DNA of 10,301 nucleotides from Candidatus Hodarchaeota archaeon (lineage in GTDB: Archaea > Asgardarchaeota > Heimdallarchaeia > Hodarchaeales > Hodarchaeaceae), in assembly GCA_016839815.1 (NCBI GenBank), contig JAEOTM010000086.1, positions 1 through 10,301 on the forward strand, read 5' to 3'. The position numbers and the translations under genes were made by a program. This document shows positions 7,515 to 10,301 of this stretch, piece after piece. How positions within the stretch are numbered: the first letter of the stretch is position 1; each line of letters opens with the position of its first letter. The notes under the pieces were generated by a model. It saw only the letters and a program-made list of their open reading frames with translations. It searched no databases and had not been told where the DNA came from.

Positions 7515-7535
7515 GGAATCCATTTACGGGATTCC
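7515..7535. promoter_or_regulatory. Hairpin/palindrome upstream of the UroD-family gene
   Basis: GGAATCC-atttacg-GGATTCC, preceded by A7 (7508-7514). On the minus strand it reads as a hairpin followed by T7. Confidence 0.4.
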
Positions 7536-7572
7536 AGCTTTAAGGGCATAATAAAGGAGATGGGTATTCATT

Positions 7573-8574
7573 ATGAATTCCAAGGAAAGAGTACTTTTAG
7601 CACTAAAACATCAAGAGGCCGATTTTGTTCCGTTATTTGAGGCTTGGATTGAACAAGAAATCTTGGATCAGTTTCATGGAGATCCTTTTTCAACTAGACT
7701 CCACCTTGGAATGGATTGTCTTCCATTAGGCAGTCATCCCATAACTACGAAAGCATATAGAACTGGTATTGATGAATGGGGACGAATTTTTCAGGATGGA
7801 CATTACAGTGGCGGTTTAGTTAAGACATTTCAGGATCTAGAGAAATATACCCCTCCACTTTCTCATGCAGCTGATTGGTTTCCTCCTTCAGAAGTAAAAC
7901 GTCTTAAAACAACATATGGGGAAGAATATGCACTTTTTTATGCCTGGCATGATTGCTCCTTAGGACTAGCTTATTTATCAATGGGAATGGAAAACTTCTT
8001 CCTTGCATGCTATAACGATCTAGATCTTGTTAAAGCAGTCATTGAAAGAAGCACCTTATGGACAATTGCTCTGGTTGAAGAAGCTGTCAAGAATGGTGTT
8101 GATTTTATTGTGTTAGGAGATGATGCTGCTGATAATGACCGTCCTCTAATTTCTCCAAAAATGTTTCAAGATTTAATTCTTCCTGAATATAGAAAAATTA
8201 CTAAAAAGTGTCCAGTGCCTATTATTTGGCATAGTGATGGCAATATTGAACCTCTCCTACCTTTTATTGTAGAGGCCGGTTTTTCAGGTGTTCATTCTTT
8301 GGAGCCTAAGGCTGGAATTGATTTACTTAAGATCAAACAAACTTATGGTACTTCTCTTGTTCTTGCTGGCAATGTTGATACTACTTTTGTACTCTGTCAA
8401 GAGAATATGGATCTTGTGAGGGAAGATGTTAAACGAGCGATTCACCAAGGAGCATCAGGGGGTGGTTTTCTGTTTTCTTCTGCGAACAGTTTATATCTTG
8501 GACATAAAATTCGTGCAATAAAAGAGATGTATCGTTACGCGCGGGAGATTGGAGAATATCCAATTAAGTTCTGA
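7573..8574 (+). CDS. Uroporphyrinogen decarboxylase superfamily protein (MtaA/CmuA-like cobamide methyltransferase-type, not true HemE)
   Basis: MNSKERVLLAL...DFVP start, DEWG, MGMENF, GDD, PLISPKMF..LILP, WHSDGN, GNVD and GGGFLFSS. Lacks the RQAGRY motif of HemE. SD AAGGAG upstream. Confidence 0.9.
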   Translation: MNSKERVLLALKHQEADFVPLFEAWIEQEILDQFHGDPFSTRLHLGMDCLPLGSHPITTKAYRTGIDEWGRIFQDGHYSGGLVKTFQDLEKYTPPLSHAADWFPPSEVKRLKTTYGEEYALFYAWHDCSLGLAYLSMGMENFFLACYNDLDLVKAVIERSTLWTIALVEEAVKNGVDFIVLGDDAADNDRPLISPKMFQDLILPEYRKITKKCPVPIIWHSDGNIEPLLPFIVEAGFSGVHSLEPKAGIDLLKIKQTYGTSLVLAGNVDTTFVLCQENMDLVREDVKRAIHQGASGGGFLFSSANSLYLGHKIRAIKEMYRYAREIGEYPIKF

Positions 8575-8710
8575 TTTCAAACTCTATAATTCCTCTTCCT
8601 GATAATGAAAATCGACTAATACGATAGGAAGCAGTTAAGAGAAAAATGGGAGAGCAGAATAAGTAATTCATGCTTATCTAAGATAAAACCCTCTTAAAAA
8701 AGGAAAAAAT

Positions 8711-9023
8711 CTAATTTAAGGATTGATTGTTTTTGTTAAACATATTACAATTAGCTCTTTTCACTTTCAGCGTAATTACTTCGTTATTGAACTCCAATTT
8801 ACCCGTTATTATAATTCTGAATCTTTGTACCACCTTTTTCAACAACGTCTTTTCCCAATTGTGTTCCAAGTCTAATAAATGTAGAAAGTAGTCCTTCAAT
8901 TAAATATAATTTCTGCTAGGCACTAATAGTAATTTTTTCTTCAGAACTAGTTAATTCAATTGAATTAGCATTCATTATAATTTTGTATAAATTTTCTAAT
9001 TTCTTTATTTTGCGTTCAACCAT
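8711..9023 (-). pseudogene. Probable degraded small gene (in-frame TAG and possible frameshift)
   Basis: ATG at 9023 with a TTTTATAA TATA-like box about 35 nt upstream: MVERKIKKLENLYKIIMNANSIELTSSEEKITISA-TAG(8918-8916)-QKLYLIEGLLSTFIRLGTQLGKDVVEKGGTKIQNYNNG* (stop 8801-8799). The overlapping ORF 8711..8899 in another frame (…FRIIITGKLEFNNEVITLKVKR…) could be the shifted C-terminus. Confidence 0.35.
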
Positions 9024-9174
9024 ATTCGTCCACTTTAACTCTAATCTTTAAACCTTATAAAACCAGTCAATAAATTTATCCGTCTTTTATTAAATCCATT
9101 CTTCACCCGTAGCAAAGTATAAAAATGATAAAGTGTAGGAAGAAAAGCTAGGTCATAAGATAGGGGTATAGATT

Positions 9175-9987
9175 ATGTGTACAAGAGAGGATATCGAGAA
9201 ATGTTTGAAATTATGTATAGAATCTTATAAAGAAGATATAGAGGTACCAGGGTTTGAAGTGTTAGAGGGGGGAAAAATGGAGAGTCCTAACTGGGGACTC
9301 AATGCGTTTGTTGGAAAGATTGATAATGATACGTTTGTCGTAGTATTTAGAGGGACCGATGATTGGAAATCTGCTATAGCTGATCTTAGGTTTGTTTTTA
9401 AAAAGAAGCTTCCTTATGGACCAGGATATGGAGATAAGCAGGTACATACTGGATTCATTGATGCTTATTTAGAAGTTCAATCCAAAATACTTCTACTGTA
9501 TTCAAAAGAACTGTCTCCAAAAGTCCTGATAACAGGACATAGTTTGGGGGGCGCAATTGCAACTCTCTGTGCATTAGATCTACAATACAAGCAAGAAGAT
9601 GGTTCTTTGAAAGATGAGAAATCCCCAGAAAAACTCCAATGCATTACTTTCGGTTCACCACGAGTGGGAAATAAGGCTTTTGTCGAAAGTTATAACAGGC
9701 GTGTACCACACACATGTCGAGTGGTCAACGGGAACGATCCAGCAACTCACTTTCCTAAGATCTCCTTTCAGTTACCCTTCAAACTTAAGAAAAAATTTCT
9801 TCGGTGGCCAATTTCACCATATCGACATGTCCACAAAAAACTCCGATTAGGGAAAAGGCCCTTGTTATGCGCTCTTTTTGTACGCATAACAAGTCTTTTT
9901 TTCTTCCTTAAAAGATGTGGAAAGGATCATGATCTAAAAGAATACACGAAGGGATTAAAGAATCACATTTTCCCTAATGAATCCTGA
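9175..9987 (+). CDS. Class 3 lipase (Lipase_3, alpha/beta hydrolase)
   Basis: VVFRGT (oxyanion/lid region), VHTGF, nucleophile elbow TGHSLGGA (S123), TFGSPRVGN, RVVNGNDP (D188), YRH and DH (H252). SD-like AGGGGT upstream. No signal peptide. Confidence 0.93.
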   Translation: MCTREDIEKCLKLCIESYKEDIEVPGFEVLEGGKMESPNWGLNAFVGKIDNDTFVVVFRGTDDWKSAIADLRFVFKKKLPYGPGYGDKQVHTGFIDAYLEVQSKILLLYSKELSPKVLITGHSLGGAIATLCALDLQYKQEDGSLKDEKSPEKLQCITFGSPRVGNKAFVESYNRRVPHTCRVVNGNDPATHFPKISFQLPFKLKKKFLRWPISPYRHVHKKLRLGKRPLLCALFVRITSLFFFLKRCGKDHDLKEYTKGLKNHIFPNES

Positions 9988-10133
9988 CTCTAGGAACCTA
10001 TGGTAACTATTTACGTTGAGAAGGGATAAAGACTCCACCTTTGAACCATCCTGTCAGCTCCCTGAACATTTATGGACACCAAAGTGTCATTTCTTGGGTA
10101 AGGTTCAGGAAAAAAATGGGAAGAACTGCTTAT

Positions 10134-10268
10134 TCAACTGACCGTTGAAAATTCTATCTCTCGCAATGCAGCTTTATCCTATTCGAATCGGAGAATGTAT
10201 TCTTTAATCATTTTGAGTGTAATAGCATTATCTGAAACTTCTTCTACTTGGTCATTTCCTTGATTCAT
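10134..10268 (-). other. Possible small ORF or gene remnant with in-frame TAG
   Basis: MNQGNDQVEEVSDNAITLKMIKEYILRFE-TAG(10181-10179)-DKAALREIEFSTVS-TGA, followed on the same strand by CCCATTTTTTT (T-tract 10116-10110). Confidence 0.2.
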
Positions 10269-10301
10269 CTAGTGAAAACGCACTACTTTCTAGGGGGTCC
10301 C

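Noticed and set aside
8952-8967. Perfect 16-bp palindrome TAATTCAATTGAATTA
   Set aside because: Almost all A/T in a very AT-rich stretch. One such palindrome per 10 kb is plausible by chance.
9262-9447. 61-aa - strand ORF
   Set aside because: Antisense shadow of the lipase gene.
9614-9850. 78-aa + strand ORF
   Set aside because: Alternate frame inside the lipase, whose catalytic motifs all lie in the main frame.
10061-10109. Hairpin as a possible SECIS element (ATGA on the minus strand)
   Set aside because: Lacks the long helix II, the apical AA and the 3' GA of the quartet. No selenoprotein candidate is nearby.
10290-10301. CTAGGGGGTCCC at the window end as a possible transposon terminus
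   Set aside because: Too short, with no partner repeat or transposase in the window.

Overview
AT-rich prokaryotic window that looks archaeal, possibly Asgard/Heimdallarchaeia-like. This is an inference from TATA-type promoters and two surface proteins ending in a linker + TM helix + basic tail sorting signal. Contents in order: the 5' part of a secreted protein (minus strand, runs off the left edge); an orphan family-5 (OppA/DppA-like) solute-binding protein with an unusual CDFC motif; a small 8-Cys protein with B-box/RING-like spacing; a 5'-decayed NosD/CASH beta-helix surface-protein gene; a thioredoxin-reductase-like flavoprotein whose CxxC has become SxxC, apparently co-transcribed with a 2-TM membrane protein; a classical SDR; a UroD/MtaA-superfamily protein; a probable degraded small gene; and a class-3 lipase. 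No rRNA, tRNA, CRISPR array or transposase was recognised. The best candidate for a new system is the SxxC TrxR-like flavoprotein plus 2-TM protein pair. Next are the B-box/RING-like Zn finger, the CxxC-bearing binding protein and the lipase. All family calls come from motif recognition by eye, with no database search.
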